This document shows positions 33,488-45,295 of a stretch of DNA of 64,000 nt, piece after piece. This DNA comes from Macrostomum lignano. Its lineage: Eukaryota. Location of the stretch: the NCBI GenBank assembly GCA_002269645.1, contig NIVC01003202.1, positions 1 to 64,000 on the forward strand. The letters run 5' to 3'. Under the pieces are notes generated by a model. That model saw only the letters and a program-made list of their open reading frames with translations. It searched no databases and had not been told where the DNA came from. A program made the position numbers and the translations under genes. Position 1 is the first letter of the stretch. Every line of letters starts with the position of its first letter.

Positions 33488-36066
33488 TCTGCAGGCGACA
33501 CCCCAGATGAGCAGCAGGCGGCCGCAGGACCTCACGAAGCCGCACGCCCGGAGCGCTGGTTCCCCTGCATCGCTGCCGGATGCTCGCGCATGTGCGGTCG
33601 ACGATCTCACAGCCTCGGCGAGTTGATCAGCGACATTGCGGCAGACCGGCGGCTGCTGCTTGAGTTGAAGTGTCGGCCAGCTATTCCAGATAATGCTTGG
33701 CTGGCTACTAATGCTAAATTGTGCAGTAGGCATTGGAGATTTTTGTTGTCCGATCACTCGTCTGATGGCGCCAGTGCTGGTAAGCCTTGGTTGTTGGGGG
33801 TTTTGAATGGGCGGAATAGCTAGGATATGGTGTGGTTTCTATTGGATGAGATTCCGGATGAAAATGATGTGGTCTAACGAATTGCAAAATATTTGCCATG
33901 GTTCGAAGACAGACTATTTCGAATAAAAGTTTTTTCCTCTGCCCTCCCCTTCTATTTTTTGCCTCTCCTAGAAGCAAAAGACTGCAGCAGGAGCAGCGGC
34001 GGCTTGCAGATCCGCAACGAGTCCTGCGCCCTCTGCGGCAAGCAGTACCGAGTGACCGGGGTCACTCAGTGCAGCCAGCACTGCGGTCGTTTGAGCAGCG
34101 ACCCGCAGCTGTTCCGCGTCACCTGCGCCCTGCTGACCGAAGAATCCGCCTCGCTGATCAGCTGGGCCGATCCGCCCGAGGCCGAGGCCCAGGTGCTGCT
34201 GCCGTTCGCCTGCCGCGCCTGCTTCTTGACCGAATCCCGACGGCTGGCCGCCAGCCGCTGCGCCTCCTCGGCCAAGCCGCGGTCGCTGCCGCACGGACTC
34301 TGCCGTTCGATGGGCTCAACGGCTGACTGCGTCACCGTCTGCGGCTGCCGGATGGCCCTGCGCGACCTGGCGCCCTGGCAGGTTTCCAAGACTGCTCAGC
34401 GAGGTGCGGCCGCGACTGGGTTTTTAAGGCTTTTATTGCTACTAATAGTACTACTACTAGCGATGGAATAATAATCAATAATGGGCAGATGTGCAACCGA
34501 CAGCTCAGCAATGCAGAGTTAAGTGTCTTGCTCAAGGACACTAATTGTTCCGACTCGGTCGAGAATCGAACCCCCGACCTTCCAGTAGTGAGTCCGATGC
34601 TCTTAACCACGACTAGGCTACAACCAATTAGGGATGAAAACAATTTGTCATCATCCATAAATGATGATGCATAATACTATTATAGCACACGATTACTATT
34701 GTTCCCGTCTACCTTGCCGCAGGCCAAGTAGTCCTGTGCCTAGCTGTTCAGGACACCAGCCGCTGCTTGATCTTGGACTCTAGCAGCACCACAACTAGCA
34801 ACAGCGACGGCGTCCGGTCCTACACTGCCCAGTGCGGCGATCAGATCCTGGAGACCGGCCGCCTGCCGGCAGACAGGCACGCCTGCTTGGCTTTGACTTC
34901 GCTGCTCGACCGGCTGCGCCGACTGTCGCCCTGTCCGGGCCTGTTCGCTGGCCAGCTGCAGGAGACAGTGGCTTTTCTGGCTCAGCTACCGGCGTCTCTG
35001 CTGCCCAGACTGCAGGTTAGTCAAATGCGCTACCGTAGCTTGTGCCAGCAGAAAAACTTGACATACTCTACTAGTACATCCCATGATAACTTGTATAATA
35101 ATGAGATAAAGATTGTAGTCTAGTAGTTTGAGCGTCTGACTCACGACTGAGAGGTCGGGGGCTCGATTCTAGACCTACTCGGAACAGTTTTTTGTCCTTG
35201 AGCAAGACACTTAACTCTGCATTGCTTCAGTTCACCCAGCTGTGAAATTGGCGCCAGAATTAGCTGGGGTTATTGAGGGTGTGTGTGTGTGGCGACCCCC
35301 CAGTCCTTGGACTGAACAGCCGTAGTACGCAGCCTTCAGATGTAATAGCAGGTGTAATCGTTAGTATTATAGGAATATAGATAAAGCATTTTCTGCTCGA
35401 TCACATGTGAGCTTTTTCGTAACCTCACTGTCAGAGAAAGCGACTGGCAGTTCGTCAATTGTTTGAAACGGGACATCCTTATTTGCTATCAGTGCTTCGA
35501 ACCGGAGATTTGCTTCCGGTTGTTTAGGATGAATAATGTTGAAGACATTTTCATATTCATCGAGTGACCATACTCGCAATAAGTGACCAAGTGGATGCTA
35601 GCTACCAACGCAAATTTAAGAAATATTTAAACAGACTAAACTGTGTTAAAATTATTTGTAATTTGCGTTGTTGTCTACTCAAAGTAGAAAAAATTGACAT
35701 TGATTATGTACACACACTGAAATTATGCAGGTGAGTCTGGACGCCGATCGCGGCTGCCTGCAGGTGGTCCGCAGTCGCCGTTGCCACGGCGTGTTGGAGC
35801 GGCGACCGCCAGCAGATTCGTCAACTGCTGCCGGCGGAGCTGTCGGAGTTACCGAGACGGCCGCCGCCTCCGCAGCAGTGCCTGGCGCACCCGTCAGTTG
35901 CTGCGCGGACTGTCGCGGAGCCGTACAGTTTGCTGCCTATCCGGATGAGGCCGCCGCCGCTGCTGCTGCTACCGCCGCTGATGCCGCAGTCGCTGCTGCT
36001 GGCGTCTCCTCAATTGGCCCGTTCGATGAGAAAGCACTGCTGTTTGAGCAGCACCAGCTGTACTAG
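33488..36066 (+). CDS. Cys-rich zinc-binding protein with THAP-like and ZAD-like motifs. Exons ~33488-33779, 33972-34381, 34752-35015, 35731-36066; start exon not located
   Basis: CIAAGC-x46-CSRH with internal P and W (THAP C2CH spacing). CALC...LLPFACRAC (zf-AD-like). LSPCPG and VRSRRCHGVL...CADC. GT-AG sites give consistent phases 1,0,0. Confidence 0.65.
34461..34621 (-). mobile_element. tRNA-derived CORE-type SINE (internally shortened), minus strand
   Basis: Reverse complement has A box TAGCCTAGTCGTGG, B box GGTTCGATTCT, then GTGTCCTTGAGCAAGACACTTAAC (CORE-like), and an (AAT)n tail. Confidence 0.8.
35115..35362 (+). mobile_element. tRNA-derived CORE-type SINE, plus strand
   Basis: TAGTCTAGTAG...GGCTCGATTCT...TGTCCTTGAGCAAGACACTTAACTCTGCATTGCTTCAGTTCACCCAGCTGTGAAATTGG; same family as 34461-34621. 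Confidence 0.82.
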
Positions 36067-36957
36067 CTATCTAGAAACTGGTTATCCACGTGTACGCGTA
36101 GCTAATGGAGCTCAGAGCAAAAATCTAAATCTTGTCTTCTGTAATAATATTCCTAATCCCCCCTCACAGAACCCCCTAATCCGTCTTTACAGAACCCCAA
36201 TAATCCGCCCCTACAGAACCCTTTAATCCGTCTTTACAGAACCGCTAATCCGCCCGTAGCTACAGAACTCTCTAATTCGCCCCTGCAGAACCCCCCAATC
36301 CGCCCTACCCACCCTAAATGTTCTAAATGAGAACCGATGTAACAAAACGATATTCCCCAATAATAGGGCAATCTGTTTGATCAATTATAATATACGCTCA
36401 TGACACTTATATGGGTATCATAATAATCGATTACCTGTTCGAGAACATGCTTTCTGTAATAATAAATAAACCAGATGCAGGCATTTTTATACAGCCAAAT
36501 CTCCAAACTTGGAAAGTAACTCAAGCTAACAGTCTCAGTTTAGTTTAATTTGATCAATTTTAACGCTCATGATTCAATTTTTGAAGATCAACAACAAACT
36601 GGCGCCAAACTGCACACACAATTTGATGCAATGGCATTTATGTATTATTATATATTTAAAACTTATCGATGAAATATGAACAGGGAAACATACAACTTGC
36701 ATGTGAATGAAGGGAGCAGGGGTGTACATATGATCTTTATTTACCATACAGATTCAAATAACGCAGCGAAACTGTCAGACCGTAACTACTAAAATATATA
36801 GTCTTTGTGGAAAGCACAGTCAAAAATATTGTTATCTTAAACAATCTGCGCATTGAAGTTACCTAATGCGAAATTTATTCATGAAATTTCATTTGAAACC
36901 GGCCACCACCCATTTATTAATTCTTTCTACCATTAGAATACATATAAGCCTGAGAAT

Positions 36958-37780
36958 ACAGCTCAGGGACCATCGGACAGGACAGGGATCATCGGACAGC
37001 ACAGGGACCATCGGACAGCTCAGGGACCATCGGACAGGACAGGGATCATCGGACAGCACAGGGACCATCGGACAGCTCAGGGACCATCGGACAGGACAGG
37101 GATCATCGGACAGCACAGGGACCATCGGACAGCTCAGGGACCATCGGACAGGACAGGGATCATCGGACAGCACAGGGACCATCGGACAGCACAGGGACCA
37201 TCGGACAGGACAGGGACCATCGGACAGCACAGGGACCATCGGACAGGACAGGGACCATCGGACAGCACAGGGACTATCGGACAGCACAGGGACCATCGGA
37301 CAGCTCAGGGACCATCGGACAGCACAGGGACCATCGGACAGCTCTGGGACCATCGGACAGCTCAGGGACCATCGGACAGCTCAGAGACCATCGGACAGCT
37401 CAGGGACCATCGGACAGCTCAGGGACCATCGGACAGCTCAGGGATTATCGGACTACAGCTCAGGGACCACCAGACAGCTCAGGGACCATCAGACAGCTCA
37501 GGGACCATCGGACAGCTCAGAGACCATCGGACAGCTCAGGGACCATCGGACAGCTCAGGGACCATCGGACAGCTCAGGGACCATCAGACAGCTCAGGGAC
37601 CATCAGACAGCTCAGGGACCATCAGACAGCACAGGGACCATCGGACAGCTCAGGGACCATCAGACAGCTCAGGGACCATCGGACAGCACAGGGACCATCG
37701 GACAGCTCAGGGACCATCGGACAGCTCAGAGACCATCGGACAGCTCAGGGATTATCGGACTACAGCTCAGGGACCACCAG
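36958..37780. repeat. Minisatellite, 19-nt unit (CAGGGACCATCGGACAGCT)
   Basis: About 43 tandem copies just downstream of the CASP stop; explains ORFs 36866 and 36889. Confidence 0.95.
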
Positions 37781-37881
37781 ACCAGAGTCACGTATAGTTT
37801 TCCCTAGCTAAAACTCACAAAGAAAAACAATTTTAAGGCAACAATGTTATCAATATACAGAGGCCGAGCTGTGCTGGAATG

Positions 37882-40800
37882 TCAGTGGTTATGCTGGCCG
37901 TGCACCCGGAGCATGTGCTCCTGAAACTTGTGCTGACATTCGGCTGACAGATCCCGCCTGTCAGTCTCCATGTAGGCCATGCGGAACAGCACCAAGAACA
38001 CTAGCAGGTGCAGCAGGACAGTGTAGCCGAAAGCCACAGCCCGGGCAGTCCGACTGCCCAGAATCAGGCGGCCGATGCTCAGCGTCAGCTTGTCATGCGG
38101 TCGCAGTTCGGCAATCTTTCGTTCCCGTTCCCGACGGCTGAACTTGGCGAACGGATCCAATCGGGTCTCGTAGGCCTCCGAGTAGCCGCTAAACTCGCCG
38201 CCGCTGCCAGATTCAGGCTCGCGCTGATGCTGCTGCTCGCCCGCCTGGTAGGACTGCAGGAAGCGGATCTTCTCGTACAGCTTGACGTTGTCGGAGCGGA
38301 CTTTGTCCAGCTCGGTGCGCAGCACTCCCAGCTGCTGCTGCTGGGCCACGGCGGCCACCTCGAGCTCTTGGGCTCGAGCCCTGTACCGCTCTCGCTGGCT
38401 TTGCACTATGCTCAATAGGGAGGCGTCCTGCGGCGCAGTGTCCGGCTGGCCGCCTGACAGCACGCTGGCCAGAGCCTCCGCCTCTGAGCTGGGCTGCTGT
38501 TGCTGCTCCTGCAGCTGTTGCTGGTGCTGCTTTTGCTGCTGAGCCTGACCGCCGGAGCCTTCCTCGCCCTGGGAATTCAATAAATTGTGTCTGCTAGCGG
38601 ATAAGTAGAACTGACAGTAAAGCAGTAGGCAATTTGTAGGTTCTACAGAATAATCTACAGTAGAGTAGGCAAGAATCACAACTCAGATGTCGGGAATGGA
38701 ATTATCGAGCACAGCAGCAGATTCTGGACTAGGGTAGGTAGAATTAGGGGTAGAGTAGACTGGTGGGTAGAGTAGACAAGCGGGTAGACTGGTGGGCAGA
38801 GTAGACAAGCGGGTAGACTGGTGGGTAGAGTAGACAAGCGGGTAGAGTGGTGGGTAGAGCAGACAAGGGGTGGACTGGTGGGTAGAGTAGACAAGAGGGT
38901 TGACTGGTGGGTAGAGTAGACAAGCGGGTAGACTGGTGGGTAGAGTAGACAAGCGGGTAGACTGGTGGGTAGAGTAGACAAGCGGGTAGACTGGTGGGTA
39001 GAGTAGACAAGCGGGTAGAGTGGTGGGTAGAGCAGACAAGGGGGTGGACTGGTGGGTAGAGTAGACAAGAGGGTTGACTGGTGGGTAGAGTAGACAAGCG
39101 GGTAGACTGGTGGGTAGAGTAGACAAGAGGGTTGACTGGTGGGTAGAGTAGATAAACGGGTAGACTGGCGGGTAGAGTAGACAAGCGGGTAGAGTGGTGG
39201 GTAGAGCAGACAAGGGGGTGGACTGGTGGGTAGAGTAGACAAGCGGGTAGACTGGTGGGTAGAGTAGACAAGCGGGTAGACTGGTGGGTAGAGTAGACAA
39301 GCGGGTAGAGTAGTGGGTAGAGCAGAAGGGGGTGGACTGGTGGGTAGAGTAGACAAGAGGGTTGACTGGTGGGTAGAGTAGATAAACGGGTAGACTGGCG
39401 GGTAGAGTAGGCAAGCGGGTAGGCTGGTGGGTAGAGTAGACAAGTAGACTGACCTCAGCAGCGCCGCGGAACATCGACGAGAATGATTTCACCCGGCGCA
39501 GGTCCTCCTCCAGCTGCTCGGCCAGCTTGGCCTGTCTGGTGCAGTCGGCGCGCGCCTCGCCGAGTTCGCCGCTGAGCCGGCTGACTTCAGCTTGCAGGCG
39601 GTCGGCTCGAAGCCGCAGGCCGGCGGCCTCGCTTTGCAGAGTCCCGTTCTGGCGCAGCAGGCGCTCCTCCAGGCTGGCCGAGGCGGCCACCTCATCGGAA
39701 TCGTCAGCCTCCTCGGAGGCGGCAAACTGCACGGACTGAAGGACGCGCAGCTCGCGCCGAATCTCGTCGTAGTCGCTCTGGTAGCGGAGGCGCTCCTCGG
39801 CGGTGGCCAACCGGCGGACCGTCTCGGCCAGCTGCGTCTCCAGGGCGGCGGTCTGCTGGGCTCGGGATTCGCGCAGCTCGTCAGCCGTTCGCTGCAGCCG
39901 CCTGCGGATGCGTAAAGTTTAGGGTTTCGAATGTAGGGTTCCAAGTTCGATTCTGAAATCAAGGGTCCCAAGTTCGAATCTAGAATCGAGGGTCCCGGGT
40001 TCGATTTTGGAATCGAGGGTCCCGAGTTCTAATCTGGAATCGAGGGTCCCAAGTTCGATTCTGGAATCGACGGTCCCAAGTTCGATTCTGGAATCGAGGG
40101 TCCCAAGTTCGAATCTGGAATCGAGGGCCCCGAGTTCGAATCTGGATCGAAGGTCCCAAGACTCCGAGTTCGAATCTGGAATCGAGGGTCCCGAGTTCGA
40201 TTCTGGAATCGAGGGTCCCAAGTTCGAATCTGGAATCGAGGGACTCAAGTAAGATTTTGGAATCGAGGGTCTTAAGTTCGAATCGGGAATCGAGGGTCCA
40301 AAGTTCGACTCTGGAGTCGAGGGTCCCAAGTTTGAATCTGGAATCGAGGGCCCCGAGTTCGAATCTGGATCGAAGGTCCCAAGACTCCCGAGTTCGAATC
40401 TGGAATCGAGGGTCCCGAGTTCCTATCAAACTGTCGATGGGAGGCTCCCCAATCCCCACATCCTGAATCCCCATTCGTCTCACCTGTTGTCATCGGCCAG
40501 CTGTGCCAGCTCCCGCTCCCGACTGGCCAGCTGGGCTTCCAGCTCCGCCCGTCTCAGTTGACCGGCTTCATCGGCTGCAGCGGCAGCGGCGGCTTCCGAG
40601 GCTCCACCGCTCGGCGACGCCCGCTGGCTGGCCAGGCGCTGACGGGCCGCAGTCAGCTCTTTCTCCAGCTGGGCGGCCCGCTCGTTGGCCCGTTCGGCGT
40701 CCTGGGCCAGCAGTTCGAATTCGTCTGTGCGGGCCGACTGCCTGTTGGCAAGGGGAGGGCGGGCGGAGGCTCCGGAATGCTCAGGCAACTGAAGCATCGA

Positions 40801-43589
40801 GAATATTCGATATTCAGACATCTGGAGCATTAGGAATATTCAAGGCACACGAAGCATCGGATATTGTAAAAAGGGAATCGAAGGTCCTAAGTTCGAATCG
40901 GGAATCGAGGGTCCCAAGTTCGAATCGGGAATCGAGGGTTCCAAGTTCGAATCGGGAATCGAGGGTCCCAAGTTCGAATCTGGAATTGAGAGTCCCAAGT
41001 TCGAATCGGGAATCGAGGGTCCCAAGTTCGAATCGGGAATCGAGGGTCCCAAGTTCGAATCTGGAATCGAGAGTCCCAAGTTCGAATCGGGAATCGAGGG
41101 TCCCAAGTTCGAATCTGGAATCGAGAGTCCCAATTTCGAATCGGGAATCGAGGGTCCAAGTTCGAATCGGGAATTGAGGGTCCTAAGTTCGAATCAAGGG
41201 TCCCAAGTTCGAATCGGGAATTGAGGGTCCTAAGTTCAAATCAAGGGTCCAAGTTCGAATCGGGAATGGAGGGTCCCAAGTTTGAATCAGAAATCAAGGA
41301 CCCAAAAGGTTAAATCAGGAATCGAGGGTCCCAAAAAGTTCGAATCTGGAATTGAGGGTCCCAAGTTCGATCGGAACTTAAGTCCGAGGTACTAAAAACT
41401 GACTCGTGGCAAATAATTACCTATCGTCAAGCGCCTGCCGCAGGCTGGCAGCTTCGGCCCTCGCCGTGTCAAGCGCCGACTGCAGCTGGTTGGCCCGCTG
41501 CTCCGCTTCGCCAAGCCGCTGCGCCGCCTCCAGCTGTGCCGAGCTCAACTGTTTCGCCTTCTCGCCGTAGTCCAACGCCAGCTGGCGCTCCCGATCCCGT
41601 ACGCAGTTGGCCACGCGAGATTCCACGGATTCTTCCAGCTCGCGAAGACGCTCCCGCAGCTGCTTGACGGTCACCTCCTGGTTGCGTACCTGTGCTCGGC
41701 GAAACATGGAAGGAATTAGGATCTGATATCTGTGGCACCTCAGTAATATCCAGGACACCCAGTCTGAAGCATATCCAGGACACCCAGTCTGAAGCATATC
41801 CAGGACACCCAGTCTGAAGCATATCCAGGACACCCAGTCTGAAGCATATCCAGGACACCCAGTCTGAAGCATATCCAGGACACCCAGTCTGAAGCATATC
41901 CAGGACACCCAGTCTGAAGCATATCCAGGACACCCAGTCTGAAGCATATCCAGGACACCCTGAAGCATATCCAGGACACCCTGAAGCATATCCAGCACAC
42001 CCTGAAGCATATCCAGCACACCCTGAAGCATATCCAGCACACCCTGAAGCATATCCAGGACACCCAGTCTGAAGCATATCCAGGACACCTAGTCTGAAGC
42101 ATATCCAGGACACCCAGTCTGAAGCATATCCAGGACACCCAGTTTGAAGCATATCCAGGACACCCAGTCTGAAGCATATCCAGGACACCCAGTCTGAAGC
42201 ATATCCAGGACACCTAGTCTGAAGCATATCCAGGACACCCAGTCTGAAGCATATCCAGGACACCCAGTCTGAAGCATATCCAGGACACCCAGTCTGAAGC
42301 ATATCCAGGACACCCAGTCTGAAGCATATCCAGGACACCCTGAAGCATATCCAGGACACCCTGAAGCATATCCAGCACACCCTGAAGCATATCCAGCACA
42401 CCCTGAAGCATATCCAGGACACCCAGTCTGAAGCATATCCAGGACACCTAGTCGGAAGCATATCCAGGACACCCAGTCTGAAGCATATCCAGGACACCCA
42501 GTTTGAAGCATATCCAGGACACCCAGTCTGAAGCATATCCAGGACACCCAGTCTGAAGCATATCCAGGACACCCAGTCTGAAGCATATCCAGGACCCCAG
42601 TCTGAAGCATATCCAGGACACCCAGTCTGAAGCATATCCAGGACCCCAGTCTGAAGCATATCCAGGACACCCAGTCTGAAGCATATCCAGGACCCCAGTC
42701 TGAAGCATATCCAGGACACCCAGTCTGAAGCATATCCAGGACACCCTGAAGCATATCCAGGACACCCAGTCTGAAGCATATCCAGGACACCCAGTCTGAA
42801 GCATATCCAGGACACCCTGAAGCATATCCAGGACACCCAGTCTGAAGCATATCCAGGACACCCAGTCTGAAGCATATCCAGGACACCCTGAAGCATATCC
42901 AGGACACCCTGAAGCATATCCGGGACACCCACCCTGAAGCATATCCAGGACACCCAGTCTGAAGCATATCCAGGACACCCAGTCTGAAGCATATCCGGGA
43001 CACCCAGTCTGAAGCATATCCGGGACACCCAGTCTGAAGCATATCCAGGACACCCAGTCTGAAGCATACCCAGAACACCCTGAAGAATATTCAATGCCTC
43101 GAACTACACCCAGAACACCTTGAAGCCCTCTATAAGAATCCCCCACTATCATCAGCCGGCACCCACCTCGGCAAACTCGGCATTGTACTCGGTCAGCCTA
43201 TCGCGCAGCTGTTTGTTCTCAATCTCGAGGTCGCTGCACCGCTGCACCCGTTTCTGCATGCCAGCCAGGTGGTCAAATGCCGGCGCCGGGTCCGGCAGGT
43301 CGATCAGTTTCTGATAGACACTTAAAAATGCGGCCTCAGCCTGTTTGGCCCGCTTAGACAGGCTGTCAACTTCGGCTTGGAAGCTTTTCAACAGAGGAGC
43401 GACGGCTTTGCGAACCTCGGCCGCTGTGCCGGCTTTGAATTCACGGCTGAGTTCCACTAGGCGCTTCCTGCCCGCGTCGCCTGCGTCCTGCTGGCTGGCG
43501 ATGTCGGCCGCTGTGGCGTCCAGCTCCTGTTTCACCTGCTCGAAGCTGGTGCCACGCCAGGCGGACAGAACCGACTGCACTAGCGACAT
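37882..43589 (-). CDS. CASP: CASP golgin (CUX1 N-terminal coiled coil plus CASP C-terminal TM domain). Exons 43589-43167, 41689-41421, 40741-40484, 39901-39454, 38568-37882
   Basis: N-terminus ELDATAADIA...RKRLVELSREFK...VAPLLKSFQAEVDSLSKRAKQAEAAFLSVYQKLIDLPDP matches CUX1/CASP. C-terminus YETRLDPFAKFSRRERERK...DKLTLSIGRLIL...YTVLLHLLVFLVL matches CASP-C/Coy1. All introns GT-AG with consistent phases 0,2,2,0. Confidence 0.95.
38735..39445. repeat. Minisatellite, 29-nt unit (GTAGAGTAGACAAGCGGGTAGACTGGTGG), CASP intron 4
   Basis: About 24 copies, starting immediately after the donor. Confidence 0.95.
39920..40420. repeat. Minisatellite, 27-nt unit (TCGAATC(T/G)GGAATCGAGGGTCCCAAGT), CASP intron 3
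   Basis: About 18 copies. Confidence 0.95.
40870..41370. repeat. Same 27-nt minisatellite family, CASP intron 2
   Basis: About 18 copies, same orientation as in intron 3. Confidence 0.95.
41745..43085. repeat. Minisatellite, 25-nt unit with 21-nt variant (CTGAAGCATATCCAGGACACCCAGT), CASP intron 1
   Basis: About 55 copies; explains ORFs 41469-43152. Confidence 0.95.
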
Positions 43590-43734
43590 GGCTGAGCGCG
43601 CAGCGGTGGGAGCAATGATGAGTCTTGGTCTCTAATAGCATGTCTTGTATCTGGCTCTGGCCCAGCACAGGCTTTCTTATTGTGTCTACCTTAAAGTCTG
43701 CTTCAATGTGTTCTACTGTCTGCATTAGTGTCCT

Positions 43735-44185
43735 ATTGTCTGTCTAAATATGTCTTACTGTCTGTCTAAATGTGTCTTACTGTCTGTCTAAATGTGTCTT
43801 ACTGTCTGTCTAAATATGTCTTACTGTCTGTCTAAATGTGTCTTACTGTCTGTCTAAATGTGTCTTACTGTCTGTCTAAATGTGTCTTACTGTCTGTCTA
43901 AATGTGTCTTACTGTCTGTCTAAATATGTCTTACTGTCTGTCTAAATATGTCTTACTGTCTGTCTAAATGTGTCTTACTGTCTGTCTAAATGTGTCTTAC
44001 TGTCTGTCTAAATGTGTCTTACTGTCTGTCTAAATGTGTCTTACTGTCTGTCTAAATGTGTCTCAGCTTTCATACCGGAGACTGTGCTCAGCTTCATACC
44101 GGAGACTGTGCTCAGCTTCATACCGGAGACTGTGCTCAGCTTCATACCGGAGACTGTGCTCAGCTTCATACTGGAGACTGTGCTT
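43735..44185. repeat. Two adjacent minisatellites upstream of the CASP ATG: 22-nt (TGTCTGTCTAAATGTGTCTTAC) then 24-nt (CAGCTTCATACCGGAGACTGTGCT)
   Basis: About 14 and 5 copies. Confidence 0.92.
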
Positions 44186-45295
44186 AGCTTTACTTCAATT
44201 TCAATTAAAATTCTTGATACTTCTTGAAGTTATTTACATAAACTTCTTAATTTTAGAATTTGATTAAAATGTTTAAATAAGAATAATAAAAAATATTTAA
44301 TAAGCAAGTATGAATAAAACTAGGCAAATTTATTGTGCAAAAATTTATTGCAAAATAGACAAATACATAAAAAATAAAGGAGTATAGAACGGCGTCAATC
44401 AACATACACTTAGTACAAAGATCAAGCTAGTTCAAGAAGCGCATCTAATATCCTACAAAAATAACAAAAAAAATATAATCCTTACTTACACACAGGAAAA
44501 TGAAAAATTTCTAAAAAAGCATTAGGCGCTTAAATAGATGCAGAGGAAAAAATAAGATAGATAGTGCGTCTTATTAATAATTTACCATTATTACTGTACT
44601 ACTCAGCAGCTGTAAGATGTGAGTAGTATATAAATAAATAACTAACTAGATTGAAATAAAATCGGGAGAATTTACATGAGAAGCAGCTCAGCGTGACTAG
44701 ATGAAGTTGTACAAGACGAAATCAAATGACTTCAAAATCGTTCTTTAAACCATAATGTAGCTGTTATAAGCTCATATATATACATATATCCTCTTGCACA
44801 TCAGCAATGGCTGACGTACTGTTCTAGGAAAAACAATTTTTAATAAGCACAACGACAATGATACGACAGAACATTTTTGCAACAGTTAGGCATTGTAAAG
44901 TGTCATGGTTACGCTTACTAATACGTTATAATCGCTCTGAAGATCTATTTACTCCTATCGTTTAGCTTGATAAACAAGCATTAAAAATATTAATTAGATG
45001 ACGAGGCATTTGCTAGCAGAAATTGAAGCTTTACCCTCGTAGCAATGAGATTTTGAGAAAATACGCTTCAGTGCAGCTAATTAGATGACGAGGCATTTGG
45101 CTACAAAACTCAAGCTTGCTGTTTACTTTCAAAGGTGTTTTTCCTAAACTTATAATTAATTAGATGACGAAGCGATAGAAGTCATAGTTACTCCCGCCGT
45201 TTACTCTTAAAATAGACGTAGATGTAGATAAGAGTAGAAAACTAATTAGACGACGAGGTAATAAAGTTCATAGTTACTCTCGCCGTTTACCCTTT

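Noticed and set aside
36866-37807. 313-aa repetitive ORF on +
   Set aside because: Translation of the 19-nt minisatellite downstream of CASP; no unique coding context.
41417-43152. Long Cys/Trp-rich ORFs (up to 541 aa)
   Set aside because: Translations of the 25/21-nt intronic minisatellite; CASP splices around it at 43167/41689.
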